Notes: a model not told the origin generated them from the sequence alone. Shown: positions 7,997 through 19,900, numbered from the stretch's first letter. The stretch is 63,460 nt of DNA from Thermoplasmatota archaeon (GCA_036138175.1 JAZAAK010000047.1:1-63460), one strand, 5' to 3'. Numbers and translations are program-made.

Positions 7997-10854
7997 AACC
8001 CGAGTAGATTACGAGCGGCTTCCAATGCATCGGGTATGCCATCCGAGTTTGAACCACCGCCTTGAGCCATTGTCGGTCGCCCTCCTCCTCCACCATCTAT
8101 GTGCCCGGCTATGGCGGCAAGAATTTCTGTGGCGTCATGTTTCTCAGCCGCGAGTGAACCTTCAGTGCTAGCTACGATTAGTTTCCCCCCTCCATCTCTA
8201 GTTCCAAGAACCGCTAGTGTCGGATTTTGAGGGTCTCGTGTTAATTGACTTAGCATAGACATAACTGCTTTCATATCGCCGTCAACTTCCATAACGGCAT
8301 AGCGAATTCCGTCCTTTTCTATGGCACCATCGCCACCTCCGCTGGTCCGCAATCTAACGATTTCGGCCTCCAAAGATTCAATCTTCTTCTGCTGAGTTTT
8401 CCACTCAACAAAGAAACGTGAAACCGCACTTGGAAGGTCCTCAGGAGATACCCCTAGGACTTCACTTGATTCGTTCAAGAGGCGTTCCTGAATTCGCGCG
8501 TGCTCGCGTGCCGTCTCCCCTGCCACGATTTGCAGACGCTCGACCCCGTCTTGGACTTGACTAGACCGGATGATGCGAAGTTCAGAAACTTCACCGGTAT
8601 TGTTGTGATGCGTTCCTCCACAAGCCTGCACATCGTGGTCGCCGATTTTGATTATTCGAATCTGACTATGTTTGGGCGGACCGCCCTGATATAATTCGAA
8701 GCCGAATTGCACGTCTGCTTCTGCTCTATCTAGAACTAATTTTTCTACAAGAGGATTCTTTTCGATGATATCATTTGCATGATCTTCAATCTTATCCAAA
8801 TCATCCCGAGAAAGTCTGGAGTAGTGAGTTAAGTCAATTCTTGCATATCGCCCACCCTTGTTCGAACCGGCTTGCCAAATGTGTGGACCTAGTATAGCAC
8901 GAGCGCTTCCGCCTACGATGTGGACTGCGGTGTGGTGATCCATTAGTTGCCGTCTTCTTTCCCAATCGATTTTACCAGTAATATCTCCCTCTTCGACGGA
9001 GGAATTAGTTAAGTGATAAATTACTCCACTTTCTATTCTAGTATCGACCACTTTTGCGGTTCCTAAACTTCCTTGGTCGCCCAGTTGACCGCCCCCCTCG
9101 GGATAGAATAGAGTACTATCCAAAACAACAGAATGAGTAGGCATTTCCACAACCTCTGACGATAGATTTAGTGAGGCGATTTGTGTGTTTGTTAATGGCT
9201 TACAATCGAGAACCACTGCACTGAATTCAGTTTGACTTGTGTCTAAATAGTAATCTTGTCGAGTGGGGGGGAAGTCCGTTTGGAAAATATGGCCCTTTTC
9301 TTTACCCTTTGCAGCGGCCTTTGTTCTCTCTGCATTTCTAGCTGCCATATCAGCAGCGAAGCCTACTCTAACAGAGAGATTTGTCCAACCCAATTTTCTT
9401 GCTATGGAAACTACCATTTCCGGATTAAGACCTCTTTCTTCTGCTAAACGAAATAGTATCTCGTCTGGCGCATTATGAGAATCTTGTGGAAGTTCTCTAA
9501 GTGCAGTTCTAACCGCAGCTTCACCCTTTCTCAACATCTCATGATAGCGAGCCTCTTCTAATTCTAGAATGGCCAGAATTCCGTCCCTACTCTGGACAAA
9601 TCCATCCATATCGAGGTGAGTGTCAATGTGATGGGCGGCTAAATCTCGTAATGAGGCGTCAATGCCTAAATCCCCCTTCATTCTACAAACTCTACGTGCC
9701 ATCATCCGAACAAGATAGCCCGCTTTTGCGTTACTAGGCACTAAGCCATCACCTAGCATATTGCAAATTGCATGCATGTGATCAGGGATTGCATAAATCG
9801 ATGAAAGAGGCTCAGTAAGGCGTTTTAAGTCGCAAACCGATATGTCCACGCCGCCGTCTCCCAATCTTTCAACGAGTCTCTGGTACAATGAGTCGACATC
9901 GGTTCCAACATCTATATTGAGGATTCCAGCAAGTTTAGATAATTCAGCAAGTAAGTCATCTGTATCGACACCCAATCCTAATCCTTCAACCATCGAATTA
10001 AAGCCGGCGATTTGCTTCAACCAACCGACGGACTCGGGATAGATCGCTTCGTAAATTGTAGAGGTCCCTGCCGCAGCCCAACAAAACCTCTCCAAACCAT
10101 ACCCTGTGTCTATAATCTGTAGAGGCATTTCTCTGTATCGAAGTCCTTTGATTTCGACATCGCCGTCTTCATGCTCCTCTAGATTCATGAAAACTAGAGT
10201 AGCTAACTCCAGCCCACCGACAATGACTTCCAGAGCCGGACCTGCATTTCCGCCACCGGACCACGGATTTTCGATATAGGTAATATCAGCTGGCTCTATT
10301 CCAAATGTGTTAACCAGCATATCATCACAATATCTAACACATTGATCAATCCAGTAAATCACATCTCCATCATCTGGTCGATTAAAGGCGTGATGAGCCA
10401 TCATTTCGAAGGTGGTTAAATGCCTACCAGAACGACCTACTGCAGCTACATCGGTCAATCGAATACAAGGCTGGCTTATCCCCAGAGGATTTGCCGGCGG
10501 AGGCACCAATCCACTAGTTACATGCGGCTGGAAATCAGCAATTGAGGCTATGGTCAAGTGAATATCATCTCGCCATCGGGCCAATACTGGATATGGGTCT
10601 ATTCTAGCATGTCCTCTCTGCTCAAAGTAATCGAGGAAGGTCTCACGCATGGCATCTTTCAATTCTTTTCCACGCATGGGAAAACCCTTGATTATTGGAT
10701 TGCCAATAAACGTGTATGAGTCTTCAACCGTATCACCAGAAGTTGTGCGATTTTCGTCTCGTGACCAAAACCTGAGGTCAGTGACAGAACACACTCTGCA
10801 CGAGTGTCCTGACTCTTCCCAAAAGGGAATATTGGTCTCTCCGAACGCCATCAC
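7993..10854 (-). CDS. alaS: alanyl-tRNA synthetase, archaeal type
   Basis: 953 aa. Editing-domain metal motifs HHTAVHIVGG and CGGTHH, a class II core, and a C-terminal DHHA1-like GGGGGRP. Confidence 0.95.
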   Translation of the reverse strand: MMAFGETNIPFWEESGHSCRVCSVTDLRFWSRDENRTTSGDTVEDSYTFIGNPIIKGFPMRGKELKDAMRETFLDYFEQRGHARIDPYPVLARWRDDIHLTIASIADFQPHVTSGLVPPPANPLGISQPCIRLTDVAAVGRSGRHLTTFEMMAHHAFNRPDDGDVIYWIDQCVRYCDDMLVNTFGIEPADITYIENPWSGGGNAGPALEVIVGGLELATLVFMNLEEHEDGDVEIKGLRYREMPLQIIDTGYGLERFCWAAAGTSTIYEAIYPESVGWLKQIAGFNSMVEGLGLGVDTDDLLAELSKLAGILNIDVGTDVDSLYQRLVERLGDGGVDISVCDLKRLTEPLSSIYAIPDHMHAICNMLGDGLVPSNAKAGYLVRMMARRVCRMKGDLGIDASLRDLAAHHIDTHLDMDGFVQSRDGILAILELEEARYHEMLRKGEAAVRTALRELPQDSHNAPDEILFRLAEERGLNPEMVVSIARKLGWTNLSVRVGFAADMAARNAERTKAAAKGKEKGHIFQTDFPPTRQDYYLDTSQTEFSAVVLDCKPLTNTQIASLNLSSEVVEMPTHSVVLDSTLFYPEGGGQLGDQGSLGTAKVVDTRIESGVIYHLTNSSVEEGDITGKIDWERRRQLMDHHTAVHIVGGSARAILGPHIWQAGSNKGGRYARIDLTHYSRLSRDDLDKIEDHANDIIEKNPLVEKLVLDRAEADVQFGFELYQGGPPKHSQIRIIKIGDHDVQACGGTHHNNTGEVSELRIIRSSQVQDGVERLQIVAGETAREHARIQERLLNESSEVLGVSPEDLPSAVSRFFVEWKTQQKKIESLEAEIVRLRTSGGGDGAIEKDGIRYAVMEVDGDMKAVMSMLSQLTRDPQNPTLAVLGTRDGGGKLIVASTEGSLAAEKHDATEILAAIAGHIDGGGGGRPTMAQGGGSNSDGIPDALEAARNLLGL

Positions 10855-10952
10855 CTCCCCTCCCTATAGTCTACCCATCGAACAAGTCGTCTTGAAAGCA
10901 ATTGTTCATTCTGCTGCGTCGCGTTGAAATCAATGGTGCTTCACGAGTTGTC

Positions 10953-12425
10953 ATGAGCGCTGCTTGGCGTGAGCATCTCCAAAGTGATGGAAATGGGCGA
11001 ATGCGCATCTCCAAACATGGTTCTATGCTAACTGATGCAGTATTAATTTCAGATCAAAATCACATGGATGCTCATAGTGACGACCGTTCTCCAGAGCAAC
11101 TATGCAATAGTGCAGGAATTCCTGGAATCGTCGGTGATGCTTGGGCAATGGCTGATTGGCATTTTGGCTATGGCTTTCCAATTGGAGGAGTTGTTGCGAC
11201 CGACGTAAATGCAGGTGAATTAGGAGGTGCAATATCTCCTGGAGGAGTTGGTTTCGACATCAATTGTGGAGTTCGTCTATGTTCCCTAGATGTAGAGATA
11301 TCAGACATTAAACCTAAATCCTTAGTTGGCGCGCTTGCAAATCAAATCCCTGCTGGTGCTACCAGCAAAGGTGGCGTTCAACTAGATGAGACGACAATAG
11401 CTTCTGTTCTTTCAGAGGGGGCGAAAGCTGCAATCGATATGGGGTGGGGTGAATCTGAAGATTTGCTGGCAATAGAATCCAATGGGTTGTTGGAGAGTAT
11501 TGAAAGAAATATTGGTGAAAGAGCTCAGAAACGTGGAATGAAGGCTCTTGGGACATTAGGTTCAGGCAATCACTTCCTTGAATTGCAAGTAGTAGACAGA
11601 ATAGAAGATCCTATTGCAGCCAATGCATATGGCTTGAGAGAAGGGCAAGTAACCGCGATGATTCACACAGGGTCAAGAGGACTCGGCCATCAGGTATGTA
11701 GTGAACATGTGGCAACAATAGAGAGAAAATATCAACGCGATGGAAACCATTGGGTCGCTCCAGATTGGGATTATCGTTTACGGGATAGACAACTTGCAGC
11801 AGCACCGATTTACAGTAGGGAAGGAGCAGCCTATCTTGATGCGATGCGAGCGGCTGGAAATTACGCATTTGCAAACCGTTCTGCACTAACACAAAGATTG
11901 AGAAATGTGCTTAGAACTCAACTTGGATCTGATGGAGAGCTAAATGTTGTATACGATGTCAGTCACAATATAGCAAAAGTCGAGGAACATGTTGTTCATG
12001 GTAAATCTTGCAAATGTTGTGTCCATAGAAAAGGTGCGACCAGGGCCTTAGGCGGAGATCATCCAGAGCTTGCGAACAGATTCTCAAGTGTTGGCCAGCC
12101 TGTTTTGGTACCGGGTGACATGGGAACCGCTTCTTGGGTTTTGGCGGGACCAAAGAAAGGGGCTAATGATGCATTTTCTTCGTCTTGCCACGGAGCCGGG
12201 AGACAGTTGTCTAGAACAGCAGCAAGGAAATCCGTCGATTCATTAGCCCTAAGAGAAAGACTTGAGGCCTCTGGAATTCATGTTCGAGCGAAAACTCCGA
12301 ATGTGCTTGCTGAAGAAGCGCCGGAGGCATACAAAGATGTTGACGAGGTAATTGCTCTTACAAATAAAGCGAATCTGGCTAGACCTGTGGCCAGACTGAG
12401 GCCGTTTGCTGTGATTAAAGGATGA
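10953..12425 (+). CDS. rtcB: RNA-splicing ligase RtcB
   Basis: Motifs GVGFDINCGVRL, GSGNHFLE, HTGSRGLGHQV, HRKGATRA, PGDMGTASWVL, SSCHGAGR. ATG at 10953 gives a normal length; the ORF-track start at 10902 is not an ATG codon (the window reads TTG there). Confidence 0.95.
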   Translation: MSAAWREHLQSDGNGRMRISKHGSMLTDAVLISDQNHMDAHSDDRSPEQLCNSAGIPGIVGDAWAMADWHFGYGFPIGGVVATDVNAGELGGAISPGGVGFDINCGVRLCSLDVEISDIKPKSLVGALANQIPAGATSKGGVQLDETTIASVLSEGAKAAIDMGWGESEDLLAIESNGLLESIERNIGERAQKRGMKALGTLGSGNHFLELQVVDRIEDPIAANAYGLREGQVTAMIHTGSRGLGHQVCSEHVATIERKYQRDGNHWVAPDWDYRLRDRQLAAAPIYSREGAAYLDAMRAAGNYAFANRSALTQRLRNVLRTQLGSDGELNVVYDVSHNIAKVEEHVVHGKSCKCCVHRKGATRALGGDHPELANRFSSVGQPVLVPGDMGTASWVLAGPKKGANDAFSSSCHGAGRQLSRTAARKSVDSLALRERLEASGIHVRAKTPNVLAEEAPEAYKDVDEVIALTNKANLARPVARLRPFAVIKG

Positions 12426-12435
12426 CAAAAAGATA

Positions 12436-12942
12436 TCACTGTCTTTCACGATATTCTATTTCAATAACGTCGCCGTCTACCATGACATAATTTTCGTATT
12501 CGAAATTCTGTTGACCATTTACAAACATCACGACTTCATTATTGTCGTTAGCAACATGATTCAGAATATGTCTGTCATCAAATTCCTCACCCCAGATAGC
12601 AAAGAATGCACCTATTGTTGCGTTCATTTGCCCTGGAGTTTCTATATGGAGCCTTCCGGTATTATCGTGTGTATGCACACCACGCATTCCATTTGGACAG
12701 ACTGAATCTTGTATTCCGACATCTTCGGGTATTGCAACATCCTCGTCGTTGATTGAAATTGAAAGTGTTGCGTGAATATGGTTGATATTCCCGCTGTGAT
12801 CCGCTAAACAGACTTCTAAAATTTCCCAATCAGGATATTCGGAATCAGAATCCAGCAATACAAAACCTGCGAATGCTATTGTGCAGACTAAGCCTGATGT
12901 AAGGAAAACTTGCACTTTATCCATGAACCCCCGACCGATCAA
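12436..12942 (-). CDS. small N-terminally anchored extracytoplasmic protein of a conserved unknown family with a His-rich motif
   Basis: TM helix VFLTSGLVCTIAFAGFVLL, then HIHATLSISINDEDVAIPEDVGI ... GVHTHDNTGRLHIE ... IGAFFAIWGEEF. I recall this H.H...HTHD..G.(I/L)H.E pattern in uncharacterised archaeal and actinobacterial proteins. Confidence 0.6.
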   Translation of the reverse strand: MIGRGFMDKVQVFLTSGLVCTIAFAGFVLLDSDSEYPDWEILEVCLADHSGNINHIHATLSISINDEDVAIPEDVGIQDSVCPNGMRGVHTHDNTGRLHIETPGQMNATIGAFFAIWGEEFDDRHILNHVANDNNEVVMFVNGQQNFEYENYVMVDGDVIEIEYRERQ

Positions 12943-12971
12943 TCGATAATGAATGATGTCCTGAGAAGATC

Positions 12972-13601
12972 ATGGTTGATGCAAGTTCGACACCGGAATG
13001 GTGGGATTCCGCGAAACAAGCAATCTCAACCTCAGATACCTTGCTTAATGATTTGATTGCAGAATTTGAGGAGCCTTCATTGAGAAGTCGAGGCGACCTA
13101 TTTGCGACATTAATCAAATCAATTGTTGGACAACAAATTTCGGTGGTTGCTGCCTCAGTAATATGGTCCCGATTCGAGGATTTTTTAGGTGAAATAACAC
13201 CAGAATCGATACTTGCAAAAACCCATAAAGAAATCAAAGAAGTGGGATTGTCTAACAGAAAGGTCGAATATATTCTGGGAATAGCTCAGGCTTGGATAGA
13301 TGGATTTGGTGAAATTGATTGGGATACTATGAGCGACGAAGAAGTAATCGAGGAACTCGTAAAATTGCGCGGTGTGGGTCGCTGGACGGTACAAATGCTG
13401 CTAATTTTCGCCTTATTGCGTCAGGATGTTTTTCCGATTGATGATATTGGATTAATCAGAGGTATGGAGAAATTATACAACTCAGGAAAAGCATTGGAAA
13501 AATCTCAGTTGTATGAGATTTCTGAAAATTGGAAACCATACCGTACTATGGGCGTCTGGTATATTTGGAGATCAATAGATCCAGAACCCGTGGAATATTG
13601 A
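12972..13601 (+). CDS. HhH-GPD DNA glycosylase (AlkA-like 3-methyladenine DNA glycosylase II)
   Basis: Helix-hairpin-helix plus GPD region LRGVGRWTVQMLLIFALLRQDVFPIDDIGLIRG; about 209 aa. Confidence 0.8.
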   Translation: MVDASSTPEWWDSAKQAISTSDTLLNDLIAEFEEPSLRSRGDLFATLIKSIVGQQISVVAASVIWSRFEDFLGEITPESILAKTHKEIKEVGLSNRKVEYILGIAQAWIDGFGEIDWDTMSDEEVIEELVKLRGVGRWTVQMLLIFALLRQDVFPIDDIGLIRGMEKLYNSGKALEKSQLYEISENWKPYRTMGVWYIWRSIDPEPVEY

Positions 13602-13602
13602 C

Positions 13603-13788
13603 TCACATCGAATATCCGCGTTTTGGTTGGTTTGGAATCTGAGGAGTATTGCCGGATTGGACTCCATCTGCCTCTTCCATAATTATCGTAAGTAGTGTGT
13701 GAACAAGCGTCCTCAAATCCTCTATTTCCCCTCTCAATTCTTCCACAGTAACCTCATCGCTATGCTTATCCAAGTCCCCATCCCCCAT
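13603..13788 (-). CDS. small acidic hypothetical protein (61 aa)
   Basis: The ORF is preceded on its sense strand by a TTTATA box about 50 nt upstream and a G-rich SD-like run. No recognisable family. Confidence 0.35.
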   Translation of the reverse strand: MGDGDLDKHSDEVTVEELRGEIEDLRTLVHTLLTIIMEEADGVQSGNTPQIPNQPKRGYSM

Positions 13789-13843
13789 CGAGGAGAATTC
13801 ATCCCCCCAAACAAAAGTTCGAATTTCTCGGGTCTATAAACTG

Positions 13844-13859
13844 GACAGGTTAGCCTGTC
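13844..13859 (-). terminator. hairpin GACAGG-CUAA-CCUGUC downstream of the 2277-aa gene
   Basis: Perfect 6-bp inverted repeat (plus strand gacagg ttag cctgtc), 62 nt past the giant gene's stop. Confidence 0.35.
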
Positions 13860-13920
13860 GGCTAAATTGGGTTTCGCATACAGTTCAGATGTATTTCGAA
13901 TCTATGAATGTTGAATGATA

Positions 13921-16900
13921 TCATTCGCTTTCGGAATCATCATCTTCATACTCATATTCTTCATCTTCGTATTCGTAATCTTCTTCGTAATATGAGTCGT
14001 CATCGTCGTAGTAATAGTCATCATCACCACTCCTGGACCTGCTAACGAAGAATCCTACCATAGCAACTGCAACGAGGAATATACCTCCCATAATGAGGTA
14101 AACCGTATTTTCATCAGTTCCTTCGTCGGTAATCGGTGCTTGCACTACTAACCCGCTTACTGGATGTGCAGGATTGTCAAAGTCATCATCAACAATAATG
14201 TACAATACTGGCTGCCCAGGTGCTCCAGCAACCCATTCGAATCTTGCATATACTGATGAGGTCTCAGCAGACAAATCAAGTTCTATACCACTTGATTCTG
14301 TTTCCCACTTTCCGTCTCCAGTCAGTTCGTAGAGGTTAATCTCTATCGTACCATCTCTCTTTCCACTGTTGGACCAATATGTCTCAATTACAACAGTAGT
14401 ATCTTGGAGAGGGTCCTTTGGCGTAACAACAACGTTGTCTAGAGATGGATTGAACTCCATCACTCTCAGTGCAACAGCTCTTGGGGATTGTTCACTACCC
14501 AAGCCTTGGATTTCATTTCCTGCCTTATCTGTTGAAGTCACCCAGAACATGATTCTATCACCATTTTCAATTGTAAATCCTTCAAGATTTGGTGTGAAGT
14601 CAAGTTTTCCTTGGAATACCTGACTCCCTTCCTCCACCAACAAGATGCTTATACTACCGGTATCTTCTGTACCTGCAACCGGCTGGTTATCTCTTAGGTA
14701 AATCCAAGCCAATTCAAGATCGGAATCAGGCATACCTATTTCATCAACAATGGTCAAGGATACAAGAACTTCTTCGAGAAGATCAGATTCCAACACAGTT
14801 AGAGATGAATCTGGATAACTCATTTGATCAAACAGAACAGTTGGGGATTTACTGTCCACTGTGATTTTACCATCGGTATTCGTTGAGGTAGTTCCTATTC
14901 CTGGAACATTCAGGACAGTTGTGGTTACATTCATTGTAGGATTGAATGGTGCCCGCATCGGTAGTGTCATCGAAGCATACCATGCTCCCTCTTCACTAAC
15001 ATCCGCAAGAGAACTAATGACTTCTGTACCATAAACTAAGGTCATCTCTACTTGTAAGTCATCAGGAACTTCGGTGAATATTTCTCCTGAACCTGCATAG
15101 AATACTCCACCGGTCATCTGGAACTCATCACCTTGCCTCAGGTATAGGTGAGCGTCATCTGTGACTACTAGTGGAGGTGTCAAATCAGACATTCCAGAAG
15201 CTACGGCAACAAGTGAATTGTCTAGCACCCAAGTCAACTCTCCGATGTTATTTACATATGCGACTTCAGTAATCTCATCGATGATGCTGACACTTGGTTT
15301 GCATCCAAATTGACCTTCTTCCCAAGGGTATTCCCATGATAGTTCAAACATCATTGCGAGTTCTATAACCGCTGGGGTGATTTGCTGTGTTTGTACAGTT
15401 AATGGAGACACCATAGAGTCGTCTGCAGTCCATAAATCACCAGTAACAGGATTGTAGGAAATCTCGCCTAGATTGTCATCGAGGCGATCCCCACATAGCA
15501 TTATGGTGATATTATCCAAGGTTTGCAACCCATTAGGTTCGCTTATCTGCATAGTAAAGGTATGAGGAACTCCTGCAAGAAGATACCCTGTGTATCTATC
15601 TAAGTTGAATCCATTGTTTACAATTTCAGTAGGCTCATCAGTAGCCACGATTACACTAGCCCAAGAGTTATCGGCACCTGGACCGCCACCGGTTCCGCCT
15701 TGTTGATAACTCAACCCCGCCCAATCAGTTCCTTCGAGATAAATGTGAACCGGACTGTTGAAAGATTGTCCGGAAACATCAATTCCAGCAAAACTCACCT
15801 GTTGCTCACCGGTCATTCCAGCGGAAAGTGGTTGAACTTGTGAAAGATATTCTTCTTCTTCAGCGATACCGTTTGAGTTAGTATCATCAGAATCAGCTCT
15901 CCAGTAGTGCATTGTTAATGTTTCACCTCTAGCCTGTGGCTCTTCTATAGTAACATACAGAGTGAGAGGTTGAGATGGATCCCAGACCTTTCCGTTAGCA
16001 TTTTGCAGACCAGATGGAGTCATTACCTGAAGTGGTCCTGCAGTCGGAGGGGTGTAGTCATTGACCATTACCACAATCGGTGGTTGGCCAGATGTGTCCT
16101 CGCCGCCTATAGAACCTGATAGTGGTCCAATTCTGAATAGTTCTGGAGATGCTGCGATTTCCGATAGTCCGGTTGGCGTACTAAATGTTCCAGAGAACAC
16201 TCCATTGTCATAGGAATCCAGCAGCAAGAGGGATCCCGATAGATTTAGTCGAACTTGGAAATCAGACCCCATTGGCCTTGTATCAACTGAGTTCTGGAAT
16301 CTAACCGAGCCTGTCACGTTGATTTCACTGCCCTCCAAAATTGGGAATGGATAGAAGGTTGAGAACTGATTCGAAATTAGACGGTTATACTGATCACGAA
16401 TTTCAAATGAGTCAATTTGTAAATCATTCTCTACTGCATTGCCTGTAGTGCCGCTAGCGGAGTTAGAAGGCCATATAGAGGCTCCATCACCATCGATTGC
16501 TTGAGCAATCCAATTAATTCGGTCTAAATCATTCCAGTTCCATGAGATATCAAATTTCCATGTAACCTGAACATCCATCCAACCGTCTCCGCCATCTACA
16601 ACAGATACTGTGCTAGAAGATGTGTCAAGAGACATTAACTGAGAGCCGGATGTCTGAGAGAATGCAACCGAACCGGAATTCATACCCCATGAACCATCAT
16701 CAGAGTTACTTACCTCAAAGGAAATGGTTTCTCCATCTGAAGCATGACCATCCAATGAAATGGTTTCTAATTCGGAGTTATCATACAAATGTCGGTGATT
16801 TGTGACAATTTCATACATTGAACCATCTGGATAGAAAATCTGTGGAACCGCGAAATCTTTGTTTGTAATCATCAATTCATGCAATATCTGTCCATTAATA

Positions 16901-19900
16901 GAAATCTGCCCTGCGGGTGCAGTGATATTTGTTGGTATGTTGATATTCACTGCGCTAGGGTTTTCAGCAGCAGCAGTAGTGTGGTAGTTTGCAAGAGAAG
17001 TTGTCAAATCTGAAACTGTCTCGTACAGCGAATAAGATACTGCTAATCTAGAAAGCGTAACTGTTTGAGTTGTAGAACTATCTAATGTAATCTCAACTTC
17101 TTTCCAATCTCTTGAATTGGCATTTGTATCTGTCCAGGAGCTGCTCATAGCTGATATTGAAGCAACCTGATTCGGAGAGAATGCAAAGTAGGTCAAGTAT
17201 TGGTCCGATGAGGAGGTGTATTTTTGATATCCATTGATTCCAATGTTAATTGAACCGTCAAAGCCATCGGAATCGGAAGTGATCGCTAATAGTCCAGAAT
17301 GAGCGATTGCACCATCTGGAATTAGGATAGTCAAAGTCTCTTGCACTCCCGATGTAAGCGATACATCTAGAGATGTGTAACCCATTTGATTAGGGTTGGA
17401 ACTTGCTTCTTCTGGCAACATTGTAGTTTGCCAACCTAGATGCCCACGTCCCTGTGAGTATGGGAAGTCCCAATCGTCATAATCATCCTCAGCAACATCA
17501 ATTGCAACATCTCTTGCAGGCTCAGCATAAATTGGTGTGATTAACATCTCATCGATGTATCCATTTGGTGGCAATGTCACTTCAATTGCATATCCATTAA
17601 TCGGATTAGTGAAGGAAACATAACCTCCTTGAGTATTATTTGCAATATTATTTCCATTTGAATCAAGTACCTGTACGAGTACATTGTTAGATGCATTTCC
17701 TAGGAAATTAATTCTCTTTATTGGCCTAACCGAATCAATGTAATCTGATGTGATGGTACTTGTAATGGCTGTTGCATTAAGCAAATTATCAATCACCTCA
17801 ACTCCAGACGGTATGTTCCAGCCATTGAAATCGAACAATTCTGCGGAGAGAATTCTAGGACCTCCAACTTCAACTTGCCTAATTATTGGAGTGGAAATTG
17901 TACTTGATGAAGACAATTCCAATCTTACATTGACTGTTGGGTGAGTTGCAGAATCTAGTCCAGCCAGATTAATTGGGAAATCAATAGAATCAAAACCAAT
18001 AATTGGCTCTTGGGTAACCGCATCAATAATTGATCCAGTTACTGTCGAATTATCGTCGATTTTACCTTCAATTTCTACTATACCCATGTTGAAAGAGTCA
18101 AATCCGTTCATTTCAATTGGTTGACTTATCCAATCTCCAGGGCTGCTGAAATGCCCTTGCCTTACTCCGACATTATCTATGAACCATCCCTGCTGAAGTG
18201 AACTTGAGTAACCATACTTATCAGCAGCAATGAACTTGAATCTAACATCGCTACCGGCCCATTCTGCCATAGACAATTCAAAGGAAGTAAAGTCGGTATC
18301 CCCGCAACTCACATCGGTCCAAATTGGCATTCCATCCAGATTGGTAAGGATATAATACGTACCAGATACATAAGATGACATAGTGTCAGTGTACCATCCT
18401 GGGTTTACAATTTCCCAAGCTCCACCATCAACTTCAACCATCAGGGCACCACCATTCATGTGCCCTTGCCAATTACTGTATTCCCAGCACATCCACATCT
18501 CGAAGGTAAAGAAAGATATTCCGGATTCAGGGACTGAAATTGTAGGAGATACTAAACTTGCTTCTTGTACACTTCCCGAAAATGAACCTTCTGCCCCAAT
18601 GGCGTAGAGGTATGGGAACGATGCGGCTTCTTCTGGGCCATAATCATCTGAAACAATCGGAGTCAAATCCCATCCACATGTGTAAGAATTAGAGCAAGTT
18701 TTGGTATTCGTTCTTGTAAAACCATCAACATCATCAATTTCAGGTTCAGTAACAGCTGAGTCCTCGAAGCCATGAAGGTCGTCGACGTAACCCGAATTCA
18801 GAGTAAGGAAACGCCATTCATTTCCTGATGGTGTTGTTGGTGTATTTCCGTCGAGATAGACGCTGTAAAGGGTTGCTCCGGATGAGTCTACAGGTCTGAA
18901 CCCGTAAACCGTCAGACCTTCTCTACCATCGGGGTCGTTTCCGAATGGTTGACCATAACCTACACTACTATCTGTTTGTACAACAAATCGAATAGTGATA
19001 TTCGCAACTTGATAGGCAGTCGGCACGTCGCTAAGAATAGTGACCATACCTCCGCTATCATCTCCGTAAAAATTTCCATCCATGTCATAATACCCATTCG
19101 TTGGAATAGCTCCTGACCGTGATCGGCATTGTGTTGCAGTGCTACTACTTGTTGAAGTGATATCAATCCAGCTACCGCCATTATTGTTGGATAATTCTAT
19201 ACAGGCATTATCCCAAACCGAACCTTCCAAGTCCCAATGTAAATCGAACTCAATATCAGTTGCCCCGGTTAAATCTAAGCCAGAATGTGTAAGATAGCCA
19301 AGTTGATTGTTAGCGTAGTAACAGTATGTATTGTAATTTAGATAAGCATATCCATTGACGTCACAACCATGATGCCAAGCGCCGCTATTATCGCCATCAT
19401 TGTGATAATTTATGTTATCAACGAACCAACCAGCAGAGCCACTAGAAGTTGCTGCGGTTATTATTCTAAATCTAAATTGAATCTCTGTGAATGTAGTAAT
19501 GTCAGAAATGTTAGATAGGTTTGTGGATGAGGAAACCCAACCACTTACTGCATCTCCACCGAAAACTGGGATAGTACTAGAAGAGGGTGTTCCTGAGACT
19601 TCAAGGTCTCCCATCGAAATATAGTGCGAGTAACCAGACTCTAAATCAGTCCATGTCCAACTACCCCAACCGGATGAACCATTTCTCAATCTGTGCTCGA
19701 CCCATGCACCATCTCCAGATTCTAAGTCATGCCAATGATCGAAAGAGAAGGAGTAATTCACATGTGTATCTGGATTGGCAGGAATGTCAGATGCTGGAAG
19801 GAGTAGCCATGCATCTGTACCTGGATCTATTGCTTGGCCAGGGAGAGTACCTACTACAACTTCGCCCTCGGATGGTGTAGATGGAACTACACCGTGGGCT

